Shown here piece after piece: positions 39,330 to 51,757 of a stretch of DNA of 64,000 nt (the stretch's first letter is position 1; the number at the start of each line of letters is the position of its first letter). The notes beneath the pieces were generated by a model. That model saw only the letters and a list, made by a program, of their open reading frames with translations, made no database searches and had not been told where the DNA came from. Origin of the DNA: Ruditapes philippinarum (lineage: Eukaryota); the NCBI RefSeq assembly GCF_026571515.1, contig NW_026867146.1, forward strand, positions 1 to 64,000, in the 5' to 3' direction. The position numbers were made by a program, and so were the translations under genes.

Positions 39330-41093
39330 ATGCCGAGTTATATCGTGTTCGACGTTAAGACAAGAAAAGTAATTATAACATGTACGGTTACAGGACTTGT
39401 TATGTTTGCAATAGGAATCGGAATTGGTTACGCTTCCCGAAAAGGTTCGTCAAATACGGATTCACCAACTGCCAGCGTTGCCGAGGCAATACGCGCTACG
39501 TGTAGTGGTCCAGCGGCCCAGACGCCGTCTGGTAAACTTTACTTCGACCGATTTGTGCAAAGACACAATGAAAAGTATGCATGTGTTAAAACAAAGGAAG
39601 AATGTTGGAACTTGGGATTGCCAAGAAATTATATTGCTTACCACTTGAATGGCAAAACAATCACTATTGATGGGAAATTAGATGATGATGCTTGGAAAGA
39701 GGTTAGAAACAATATTTCACCTAGTTGTTAAAAACATGTAAAATGAATGGAAGCATTTATAGACCTTAATATCTAAATGATTGAATTTTATGTATATTAT
39801 TTGATAAGATTTAACGCGTTGTGAAGGAAACTACATATGTATCTACTATGTAGAATTCATACTTTATATCCAATTGTAAGCTTATTAAAATCTTTCAGTG
39901 AAAGTACATTTTAATAAGAAAGTTCGATAAGGCCATTTCACAGGACCTTTTAAATACGTCACACAAGTGGTGTAGGGAATTATGGTAAAACCTTTCGAGC
40001 CAAACACATAATGTTCACTTGGAATTGAAAACTATTTTAATAACGAGTATAATTCTATTAACAATCATAGTTTTTATATATATTGTATATGCACTTTAAA
40101 TATATATGAAAACATATTTGGTGGGCCGTCTTGTGTTTACAGGTACCATGGAGCGAAACTTTTGTTGACATGCGCAGTTCAGTTTATCCCAAACCATATC
40201 TAGATACGAAGTTCAAAATACGATGGGACGATGAACGAATGTATATAGGTGTTTATATACAAGAAAATAATTTATGGGCGACACTAACCACACATGACGC
40301 GGCGATCTCGACAGAGAATGGCGTCGAATTTCTTATGGACGTAGATGGGTCTTTGTTCAATTTCAAACAAATGCAAATTAACGTCTTGGGTACTATGATG
40401 GACCAACTGTTCTATAAATCTCCTTATGATAGTCCTGATGTGCAGGTATGGTTCCAAGACTGGCAACCTGACGTAAGGAAAGCAGTTAACACAGACGGTA
40501 CTGTAAATACACCGGGTGACGAAGACAAATACTGGAGTATTGAAGTCTCGCTTTCGTTTGCGAAACTTGCCGAAAGGTCACAGCGCGCGCAGCCAAATCC
40601 CGTCGAGAACGAGGCTTGGTTTATACAATTTGGAAGATCTGAACAAAATTTGACAGTTGAGAAAGGGCAATACAAAATAGTTCCAGGATCTGAATCGCAG
40701 TGGTGGTCATGGCAACAATGTGACACCATTAATTTACTTTTACAAGACCGCTGGGGTTTGGTGCAGTTCAAGAAAAATTTGTCAGACAAGAAGTTTCGAT
40801 TTGATAGATGGCATATTTACAAAGCCTTGTTTGTAATGAGGGACGCTATGAAGAAATTTCAATCTGTAAATGGGAAGTATACAAATAAAATAGAAGAGCT
40901 GGATGTTCCGCCATATTTGTTGTCAGGAACTTGTGTTGAAGTTCCTGAAATAACGTTTACATTCAAAAATAATGCAATAGCATTCAACTATGTTACAAAT
41001 CCTATAACAGGTTTTGTGGTAACCGTTAAGTCGAAGTTGATTTCACATAAACCAGCTCACATTCGATCGGATAGATACGTCACATTCCAGTAA
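39330..41093 (+). CDS. Gene F, type II membrane CBM9-like protein, 440 aa (exon 1 39330..39701, exon 2 40143..41093)
   Basis: GAG|GTTAGA donor, TTTACAG|GTA acceptor; open frame. Confidence 0.9.
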
Positions 41094-44000
41094 TTCTAAA
41101 CAAACATATCAATGGCAACTTTTCGGCCCTTTCCGTCAGTCTTCGGATTAAGTTTATTATTAGTAATAGCCGAGGTGTTTCCGATTGCTAACATTAAACA
41201 GAAATGATCGACAATTTCGATAAAGACGAATTTCATGTTTCTATATCTTACCGCCAGTATATAATTCTGCAGTAAGAAAATTCCCGATATATTTATATTA
41301 TAGTTATAACTACATGTACCACGTTTTTTTATAAATATTTTAATATTTCTGCGCTTATCCGCTCCTTTGTAAAAATAGTTTATTTTGGGTTTTCTTCAAA
41401 TTCTTCAAATATTCATTTTTTCTATGCTCACCATCTGTAGAAAGTAGTGTGAAATTATGTGTCATAAAAGTAGCAAATAGAAGAAGTATTTTAACTTCCA
41501 TACAAATCATTAATCACTATATTCTGTATTAATTTCCAAAAGTCAACAGAGGCAAAAGATGGCTTAGGTAATTAACCAATGAGTATCGTTTTGAAAACTA
41601 TAAAAGAACATCCAGAGTAAACATGCTTTTCAAAGCTTTTGAGAAATAGAAATAAAAATATTTCTTGGGCATATTGGGCCTTTAAAGCGACATTGCAACA
41701 GTGTGAACCTAGATGTCAATATGTCGCCTGCAAGGTGCGTTTATATAATTGTACAATTCAACCTTTAAAGAGGACCCCTTTGTAAAATGAAGGTTTCTGG
41801 TAGTGTTTAAAAGTTGTTGCTCTTGAATCTGAAGAAGATATATTGCTTAACAGAGAGTTACTCTGTAGAGGTTGAACAATATGTTACATACACTGCTTTG
41901 ACAACTAAACTTGTATTATATCTTATTATAAATTAAAGTATGTATGAGTGTAACGGTTGTTGCTTCAGTTTTTGTTGTTTTTTTTGAATCCATATTTGAG
42001 GATATCCATCTAGCTAACAGAACATCTGTGCTTCAACTCAGGTGCCCGTTTGTGTCTGAAATGGCTTAATCACATTTTCGCGATCTGTTTAAATGAGAAC
42101 CCTCGACCAAATCAGACCCTGACCTTCAAACTTGTTCCACCATTTTCTTTTAACACAAGTGGCGCTGTCTCAATCATAAATATTAGTTTATTTGAATTTC
42201 CACTTTTAAAAGTTGAATCACCATAAATTTTAATGAACAAAGAAATGGTATACTGAAGAAAAACTAAACTACACAATTGACTTTATTTGAGTATGATACA
42301 ATACATGTACAAGTAATAGAAAGAACATAGGGGGTGTAGCCCCCCTTGCCGAGTGTTTTGATGTTATTTCTGTTGAATATTAGGCAAAATTAAAACACGT
42401 TCACTGCTGTCACTATTTAAATCTCCAGAAGAAAAAGAATCAAATGAGCGAGCATCGTTTTCTTATTCTGACGTCACATTAGGTAAACCCCCCAAAAACT
42501 ACAAGTGAACGCACTGTGCATGTATGTGTACATACGATTAAACTCTGGCACATTTTCAACAAAATGGTGTCCACACTATTTAACTATATACTAGTGTAGC
42601 ATTTCTCAATCGACTGTGTTTATTTGAGTATAATTCAAATATTTAGGCAACTGTGTTTAAAGCCAATATTTTTGAATAAAATCTAACTTGACCAAAATGT
42701 ACAAAGATTTTAGGAAAAGTAAAGAGTCAAGATTCAAGTAATAATTAACATGCTAACTGCGATAAATGGCCGATTTGACTGTATTAAATAAGGTATATTT
42801 ATAACGAACATTCTGCGTTACATTTTCTTTAAAAAAGTTTAATTAAAATTCGCATGAATCTTGAAGCATGCTGCTAAAAGGATTACATATTAAACAATGA
42901 TAGTTATTGAAATTGTGGACCAAGTTGCATCGTATCTAAATAAGAGCGTTCGAATTTTATGAAAAGATTTGGAAATACCTAACTTATCATTATTCAGAAG
43001 GTAAATAAGACAATATAAGCGCACAAGAACTCAACTGTCGCAAGAAAGAGGTCAGTACAGTATACCGAAAAAACAGATTTGTTGAACTTTTTGTTAGCAA
43101 GATGAATTCGTCCTATACTTAAACCCTAACCCAATGCCTAGATCCCTGACCTGTCTAAGTGTAATTATCAGATTAATGGATACAACATTTTTGATAACAT
43201 AAGAGCGCATGACAATGTTTGTGGTTAAATATATTGTAATTGAAATTCAAGGTGGCTGATTTGGAACCCTTTTGTGCGTCGTATTGTCGCTAGCGGCAGC
43301 ACGACAAAGCGCCAAACGTAGTGTTGTCGGCCTTTCGTTTTGGCGTCCTGTCGCTTACGATACGCCCTTGTGATATAATTCCTCTTATCCGAACTTCAAA
43401 CAGTGGTTTTATTGAGCGTGACCGCGGCGTCTAGTAGATATGCATTTGTCCATACAGCAATGGAGGAAATTTTAGACTTGATTTTGTGTATTTTCTCCTT
43501 TTTTTAACAAAATGCATTTGTCTATACAGCAATGGAGGAAATTTTAGACTTCATTTTGTGTATTCATGTCACAGTGCTTTAAAGGGGTTAGAATAAACGT
43601 TTAACTGAAGTGATGTATCATGTACCATGTATGAATATCATGTTCTTTTTATCATTATCTAATTTTATCTACATAATAAATAACGTGCCAATGAGCCAGT
43701 CTATATTCGATCGTTTTAAAACTTGACCGTTGAGAGTGGAACGACTGAGGCAGTGTCACTCACTTTATTTGCTCCGCCTCTGTTGAAGTTCGGCTCCGCC
43801 TTAAATTGTCACCAAATTTGATATGATGTTCCGTATGCTAGCTTTCAGTCTTCGTGGGGCGGAAGGGAACCAGGACAACTTTGACCAATATCACGTGTCG
43901 AATCATTAAATTACAAGTTACAAAGCCTAAACCACGCCCACTATCAGAGAGGCGGTTCTCCCTCAACCGTTAAGAAAGTACGCCAAACTCTGCAGAACGG

Positions 44001-44235
44001 TTACGCTACAGCCAGTAAGGGGGATCACTGCAGAACAGTTCGTCCTCAAAATCATTCGATCATTATGCAATTCTTACCAATATATAAATGAACATATTCT
44101 CGGCATTTATTTCTTGAACTTATCTTAAGTATACTAATCATTTCAATTTTTCTTGTTATCCAATTTATTTTGCTTCGACCAGACGTTTCACTCTTTTTCG
44201 CAACAGACAAACATTTCAGAATTTCAGACATGGTA

Positions 44236-44964
44236 TTGTTTGGTTTTATTAACCTGTCAATTACATACTGATTACACGGTCGATGCACACAATATATCAA
44301 TTTTCGGTAGATTTTCGGAAAGTTCCGTGCGATGTACGTTGTACGATGGAATTTAATTTAATTTGTATCTATGAACTAAGTGTACTGATCGTTATAGCGC
44401 AATAGGGTAAAGCACGAGTTTATAATCTCGTGTCATAGATGTTTTAAGTTCGAGACCGCGTTGATCCATGTTTTTTTTTATTCTTATTAATACTTTCAAC
44501 ATTATTAAAGCTTCACATGATTATTTCTCATGTTGTTCGTTTTGTTTTATTATGTTTTGCTTTATTTTGTAAAGTCTATACTCTTTTTAAATAACATGTT
44601 TTCAGAATTCATGTTTAAAATTGAAACAGATTAAAACCAATAAATGTCTTTTCAATGCCGTAAAACACACTACAAATCGGTCCCATTAAAATATACTGCA
44701 AAAATAAAGAGAGAGTAAAGCCTAAAAGAATTTCATCAATAAGGATCGAACCACAGACCTCTCAATTATTAGGCATGCTCTTAACCGACTGCACTATTGC
44801 GACTTAACGAAAACCTTCATATTAAGCTGGCCTGACTTTCAAAACATGACTTATATACTCCACATTAATTCTCGTAAACTACACGGACCAAACCGAAGAG
44901 GGGTCGAATATTTAAATGAGTGCTTTAATGTATTCATAATTGACAGGTCAATAAAATCAGACAA
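44236..44964. mobile_element. MITE with ~30-bp TIRs and TA TSD, carrying two convergent tRNA-like segments
   Basis: ttgtttggttttattaacctgtcaatta / taattgacaggtcaataaaatcagacaa; empty site atttcagacatggcattactttg at ~21640. Confidence 0.85.
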
Positions 44965-45370
44965 TATTACTTTGTGAATTTATGCATTAGGTTTTACTTT
45001 TTCACAAAAAAATGCAACTTAATTAGTAAACAACGAGCACATACCAATAACATGGAAAAAATGATTTGTGCTTCTGATATTCAATTGTAATAGAGAACGA
45101 TTTTCAATGCTTATTGACTGTTCAAATCATTTGGCGGCGTCTTTGATGTGCAGCATCAACATTTAACTTGTTAAATATTTTAAATACAGAAATAAGCGGA
45201 CACGGAGGTGTTGATACGCTTACTTTTGTATTTACTACACACGGTGACAAGTATTTTCAAATATCTTTTCACGAAACGTCAAATATCTGTAATCAAATAC
45301 GTAAAAGAAATGAACAATGGTTTGATAATGAATGTCGGATTTAATATGACATTGCGTCACGATAAATGTG

Positions 45371-45823
45371 TGTAAGAAAAATAGAGGATATTTGTTTAGT
45401 TCAGTGTAAGATCGGAATATAATTCACCAAGTGAGCACCAAAAGGTATATTTCACGAGTGGCGCAGCCACGAGTGAAATATGAACTTTTGGTGTTCACAA
45501 GGTGAAATAAATTTCGATCTTACACTAAACTAAACAAATTTTCTTTTTATTATATGCAAAGAAACGTTTTAAAAAGACATTTAAACCTAATACTTAATGA
45601 AAAGCGCGCCAAATGATAATACAACGTGACGTCATTTACGACGTCACGTCATGAAGTTGGTACCCAGTACTGTGCACGCTGCTATTTCACTGAAACAACG
45701 TAAGGGGCTTAAATTCAAAACAGTGAAATTATCAAAGTGGTAATTTCACTGTTTCAAACAGTGAAATTACCAGTTTTATATCACTGATATATTTCTATAA
45801 AACACCGAAAAGCATGTAATAAA
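45371..45823. mobile_element. Crypton-like non-autonomous element (terminal palindrome, short terminal direct repeats)
   Basis: Palindrome centred on gtggcgcagccac; ends tgtaagaaa / tgtaataaa; empty site gtgtaagaaataatatttc at ~22085. Confidence 0.65.
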
Positions 45824-48678
45824 TAATATTTCATTTATTATATGTATTTTCTTCCATTTCATACCAAGAATATGTATGTGGTTTTTTTCTTTAACGACTA
45901 TGATCTTGTAATGCTTAATTAAGACAAATAAAATATTTGTTCTGTTTTGTTCTTCATCATCTTTGTTCAAATGTGATTATTTGGTCAATTAAATGTGTCT
46001 TTCCAATGTAATAAAGCTGATGACTGTTTTCTTGTCTAAATACGATTATAAGTAGTACTCCGTGACAAATTATAAAATAGTTTCCACGACATGTTTTAGA
46101 TGGCAATGTCTTTGAACTCCGTGACAAGTAAGTTTATTTGCTTTAAATAATTCATTGCATTTTTTAAATAGTATTCCTAACACTACAGAAGAGGACAGTA
46201 ATCGAAATTTGTATCCTAGTTTGGAGAAATTTTCATTGAAAATGTGTCAGAGTTCAATCGTATACCCAAATATGAGTGCATATATTAGTAACCTTTACTC
46301 CAGTTATTGTCCAACAATATTGACCTGGAACAAAGGTCACTAGATAAACACTTGTACACTGGTATCTACACTAGTTCAGACGTAAGTGATGTGTGGTGGA
46401 TTGGTATAGATCCCGGCCTCTATATAAAGATCTCTGGGTCGATTCCTACCCAACGCCAAGTAATGAAGATACAATTGTTTTAATTTACTTACAAGAATTA
46501 ATTTGAAATTCTTTTACTTCATCTGGTTTAAGGATCCCTTTTAAGTAGTTATTTTTCATAATATTCTATTATTTATTTTATTAAATTATCTTTTACCAAA
46601 AAGTACAGCGCGTTTGTAATACAAATAAATTAATTGAATAGTCGATTTCACTTGAAGTGTCAGTCGTACTGGCAAAACTGGCGGTTTTAAGAGAATGGCA
46701 ATTTTACAATTAAAATAAATTAATGGCATGAAGGACCATATTGGTTTACTGCAGAGCTTCAGATAATTTTTCAAGCATTTAGTTTTAAACTCCTTGATTT
46801 TTTTCCACTACAAATTTCAAATTCTAGTAGTTTTTTTTATAATTTTCAATACGTTTTTTTAGTTGTTTTCGGAGGATTAAAATTAAAGTTTTTTCATAGA
46901 ATATCAGATGAGCGACTACGCTGTCTGCAATGAATTAAGGCTCTATTTTCTATGACTGAAGTAACTTTTCTTCTTGGCAAGGTTAAAGTCCGCAACGTTT
47001 CACGTTTTTCTTCACAGACTAGAAACGATTACATTTGCTATTAACTCATTTCCTATTTCGATTTCCACGTTCTTTTTATAAAAAATAGCATAAAAATGTG
47101 TTGTCTGTTACGGACCAGGGGACATATTCAAATGATGGCCCCGTCAAATTTATTAATAACTCAAACATGGTGTTTTGAAGGTACTATATACCGAAACTAA
47201 ACATTTTGGAAGCTTTGTATGTATGACTTCGAATGGAGGTGAAAAGTTAAAAATTAAGTTTTGACAATTGGTGCCAAACAAGTAAGAAAATTCGGATAAA
47301 TTGTGTGAAAAAATATAACCGTATGACCGGCAGTTTTGTTGTAGATTTTTGAAAATGTCGTTGATTGCAATCTGTGTTAGTGATATTTTTTAAGGAATAT
47401 CGTGAATTCTGGATTATCCTGCACCTTCATGAAGATAGCCCAATATTAGATATTTCATGCACGGGGATAAGACGCTATGATCTGATATCATCCCCTACCG
47501 CTACCTTCTCCCCTCCCTCCAGTCCCAGTAACAACCCGAAAAAAACATATCATTTTATGTCAATTTCCACATTCATGACAACAATAATATGAATGACTCT
47601 ATTGCACATTATACCTCTATACCAACGAAATTATCGTCTAAAACAATTTTATACCTTTTATCGTTTAAAAGATCGTCGCTCTACTATAAAATTAGAGTAT
47701 TCCGTGCAGTGACAAAGAAAATACACGTTTTATTTTCTTTTCTTTTTTGTAGCTACAGTATAAGTAAGTGTTGGAAAGGATTTTCGTTGGTGAGCGTAAT
47801 CGGTCGTTTAGGTTTTTACAAATGCAATGATATTTCTTACGAAATATGTTTTGCATGCAATTTTTTGGCTGCTTGCAAATGCCAGTTGTGATTATCTAAA
47901 CAAACCTGATAAGGGTCTAGTTGTTAATGACAAGCATCAAATATAACGAATAGTTTTGAAACCATTTGAAAAACATGAATAGCGTTGCACGCAAGGAAAA
48001 TGTTCAATAGCGCTTTCGTGTTCGGCAAACATCAGAAGCGTTTCATTCTAGGAAACTGTTTAATAGCGCTTCATAATAGGAAAAACTTTAATGGCGCTAC
48101 ATGCTAGGAATAACGTTAATAGCGATACATGCCACGAAAATCTGTAACAGCTTCATTCTTGGAACATCTCAGACAAGTTTCATCCGATTTTGGTCCAGTG
48201 GTTACAGCAGAAATATTTGTAGAAGACCGAAGCACGGACTGACAAAAAGACGACTATCCGAAGTCCTCGCCATTAGTTCTGTATGCTAAAGTGAACTAAA
48301 AACGCTTAAACACCATCACTGTGTTGTACTTTATTTAGTTTATACTGCCACTGGACTTACTTTAATGATTTGCGAAGTTCATTGTCTTGTTTATCTAATC
48401 TTGATATTTCTGATTGAATAATATACTTTGATAAACGCTTGTGTGTTGCTCTTCTCTATCTTTAACTCATAAAGGCCGTTGCACTCTATGCTCTGAACAC
48501 AGCAGATACGTAATTATCGCCGTGCAAACGTAACTTTTCAACCATTTGGTCAATCTCCGTAAGGTTATCATTACAGATAATAGCCGAAGCTGTTCCGATT
48601 GTATCCTATAAAAAGAAGGAGTGATTTTTATACTTAGGGATTATTCAATTCAGTTTGAAAGAAATTTAAAGAGCTATT

Positions 48679-50474
48679 ATGCCGAGCTATATAGTGTTTG
48701 ACGTAAAGACAAGAAAAGTAATCATAATATGTACGGTTATAGGACTTGTTATGTTTGCAATAGGAATTGGAATCGGGTACGCTTCCCGAAAAAGTTCGTC
48801 AAATACGGAGACACCAACTGAAAGCGTTGCCGAGTCTATCCGTGCTACGTGTAGTGGTCCAGCGGCCCAGACGCCCTCTGGAAAACTTTACTTCGACCGA
48901 TTTGTGCAAAGACACAGTGAAAAGTATGCATGTGTTAAAACAAAGGAAGAATGTTGGAACTTGGGATTGCCAAGAAATTATATTGCTTACCACTTGAATG
49001 GCAAAACAATCACGATTGATGGGAAACTAGATGATGATGCTTGGAAAGAGGTTAGACGCAATATTTCACCTAGTTGTTAAAACATGTAAAAATAATGGAA
49101 TCATTTATTCATCTTAATACATATATGATTGAATTTTATGTACATTTTGTATATTATTCAATAAGATCTAAGCGCATTGTGAAGGAAACTACATATGTAT
49201 ATCTACTATGTAGAATTGATACTTTATATCCATTTGTAAGCTTATTAAAATCTTACAGTGAATAGTACATTTTAATAAGTACGATAAGCTTAATTTTATA
49301 AACAATTTCACATACGATGCAGAAGTGTTGGAGGAAATTAGGGTAAAAACTTTCGAACCAAACACATAATGTCTGGTTCACTTGGAATTGAAAACATTAA
49401 ATAACGAGTATTCACGTATTTCTATTAACAATATTTTTATATTTACTTTTATTTTTTATTTCTTGCATAAACACTTTATATAAATATGATAATATTTGGC
49501 GTGTCGTCTTGTGTTTACAGGTGCCATGGAGCGCAACTTTTGTTGACATGCGCAGTTCAGTTTATCCAAAACCATATCTAGATACGAAGTTCAAAATACG
49601 ATGGGACGATGAACGAATGTACATAGGTGTTTATGTACAAGAAACGAACTTATGGGCAACACTTACCACACAAGACGCGGCGATCTGGACAGAAAATGGC
49701 GTCGAATTGCTTATGGACGTAGATGGGTCTTTGTTCAATTTCAAACAAATGCAGATAAACGTCTTGGGTACAATGATGGACCAACTGTTATATAGATCTC
49801 CTTGGGATGGCGGCTGGGATCCTAGTAATAGTGAAATGGCCTGGCATCCAAACGTTACGAAAGGAATTTACGCAGACGGTTCTATAAATACCCCGGGTGA
49901 TGAGGACAAATATTGGAGTATTGAAGTCTCGTTTCTGTTTACGAAACTAGCCGAGAGGTCACAGCGCGCACAGCCAAATCCTGCCGAGAACGAGGCTTGG
50001 TTTATACAACTCGGAAGATCTGAACAAAATTTGACAGTTGAGAATGGGCAATACAAAAAAAATCCAGGATCTAAACCGCAGTGGTGGTCATGGCAACAAT
50101 GTGACGACATAAATTTACTTTTACAAGACCGCTGGGGTTTGGTACAGTTCAAGAAAAACTTGTCAGACAAGAAGTTTCGATTTGATAGATGGCATATTTA
50201 CAAAGCCTTGTTTGATATGAGGGACGCTATGAAGAAATTTCAATCTGTAAATGGGAAGTATACAACTAACATAGAAGAGCTGGATGTTCCGCCATATTTA
50301 TTGTCAGGAACTTGTGTTGAAGTTCCCGAAATAAAGTTTACTTACAGAAATAACGAAACAGCATTCAACCCGGTTACAAATCCTGTTACAGGTTTTGAGG
50401 TAACAGTTAAGTCGAAGTTGATTTCACATAAACCAGCTCACATTCGGTCGGATAGATACGTCACGTTCCAGTAA
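48679..50474 (+). CDS. Gene G, type II membrane CBM9-like protein, 441 aa (exon 1 48679..49050, exon 2 49521..50474)
   Basis: Same splice sites and phase; open frame; 1-codon insertion in the variable loop. Confidence 0.9.
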
Positions 50475-51053
50475 CTTTTCAACAACGTCCAGCAGAAATG
50501 TTCAGCATTTTTAATAAAGACGATTTTAATATACTAGTAATACAAAGTAGTAAAACAACATGTCTTTTTTCCAATTGAAATGTTGCCGCCCTTGTCTATC
50601 CTTTGTTGTAGCTTAACTTTTTATCTAATATTATATTAATGTAAACGTTGTTGCTATATTTTCTTTCCAATAAATATACACTATAACTATATCAGAGCAT
50701 TTGACTGCATATGTGTTTGTGTCCCATATCGGTCAGGATCAAGTGGTTTGAAGTCAATGACCTTTACCAATTGGTGGCAGACGCCCCCTAATATTTTAGT
50801 AAATTAAGCAATAGCAAGTATCTTGTATATTTTTTCAGTATATTCTGCTAGGAACCAGTACTTAATTACTTTTTCTTCAAAAATAAATGGATAAATAAAT
50901 AAATAAATAATATAGATATATAAATACAATAAATTCATAAATAATAATATACCTACATAGAACATTCAAAAACTGCAATTAACGACGTGCATCAGTCAAA
51001 TCGTCATTGAAAACAATTCATCACTGTAAGATGTGAAACACTTACACTTATAG

Positions 51054-51757
51054 ACGTTTTCGGGAGTTTTCATATAGACATATAGGAAAAATTAAAACTG
51101 TTCAATAGATTTTCTTTAAACTTGGCATTTTGTTAGAATATGATAACAGAAACATTTTAAGCGAAAAAACAATTGTGGTCACGGTTCTCGTTTTCAGTTA
51201 TCTGCCCTTGAATTGGACTTTTTTGTTAAATTCAAGGGCAGATAAGTGAGATAACTTACAATAAAAGGAAACAAAAAACTTTTTTTTCTTACTTTCATGA
51301 AGCTTACCTTCGTTTCAGTTGATTTGCAAAATTCCAAGAACAAATTAAGAGTGGGTAGTTTTTATTCCCACTTTTTCTTTTAACCTGCGCATTTTTTCTT
51401 AAAAAATGGCCTATGTTTTAAGAATTTCAGGTACCTTTATTTTCATTGAAAAATATTAACAGAAACAATGTAAGGAATTGCATGTTATTATGTATTGTAC
51501 TCAGAAATAAAAAGAAAAACATAATCCAGAAGTAAAAACAAGAATTCATTTAAGTATGTATAAGTTATCTGCCCTTGAAATAAGTAGAAAAGTCTGATTC
51601 AGGGGCAGATAACTCAGAAACGAGAACGGTGACCCCAAATTTATTTTCGCTTAAAATGTTTTTGTTATCATATTCTAACAACATGCCAAGTTTAAACAAA
51701 TTCTATTGAACCGTTTTAATTTTGCATATATGTCTATATGAAAACTCCCGAAAACGT
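51054..51757. mobile_element. MITE with ~160-bp terminal inverted repeats
   Basis: acgttttcgggagttttcatatagacatata.. / ..tatatgtctatatgaaaactcccgaaaacgt; internal repeated ttatctgcccttgaa motif. Confidence 0.85.

Larger units (their letters stand above)
18010..48678 (+). repeat. Tandem segmental duplication: homologous spacers D-E, E-F and F-G (ATG-to-ATG 16940, 6403 and 9349 bp)
   Basis: Colinear shared blocks, e.g. aacagaggcaaaagatggctta (~18.4, 35.2, 41.5 kb), aaagagtcaagattcaag (~19.8, 36.4, 42.7 kb) and gtagtactccgtgacaaattataaaatagtttcc (~25.4, 37.6, 46.1 kb). Confidence 0.92.

Noticed and set aside
15987-50474. Array as a pure assembly artefact (uncollapsed haplotypes)
   Set aside because: Five distinct plus-strand versions with unit-specific TE insertions, indels and substantial spacer divergence, and no gaps between them. 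Read-level confirmation is still desirable.
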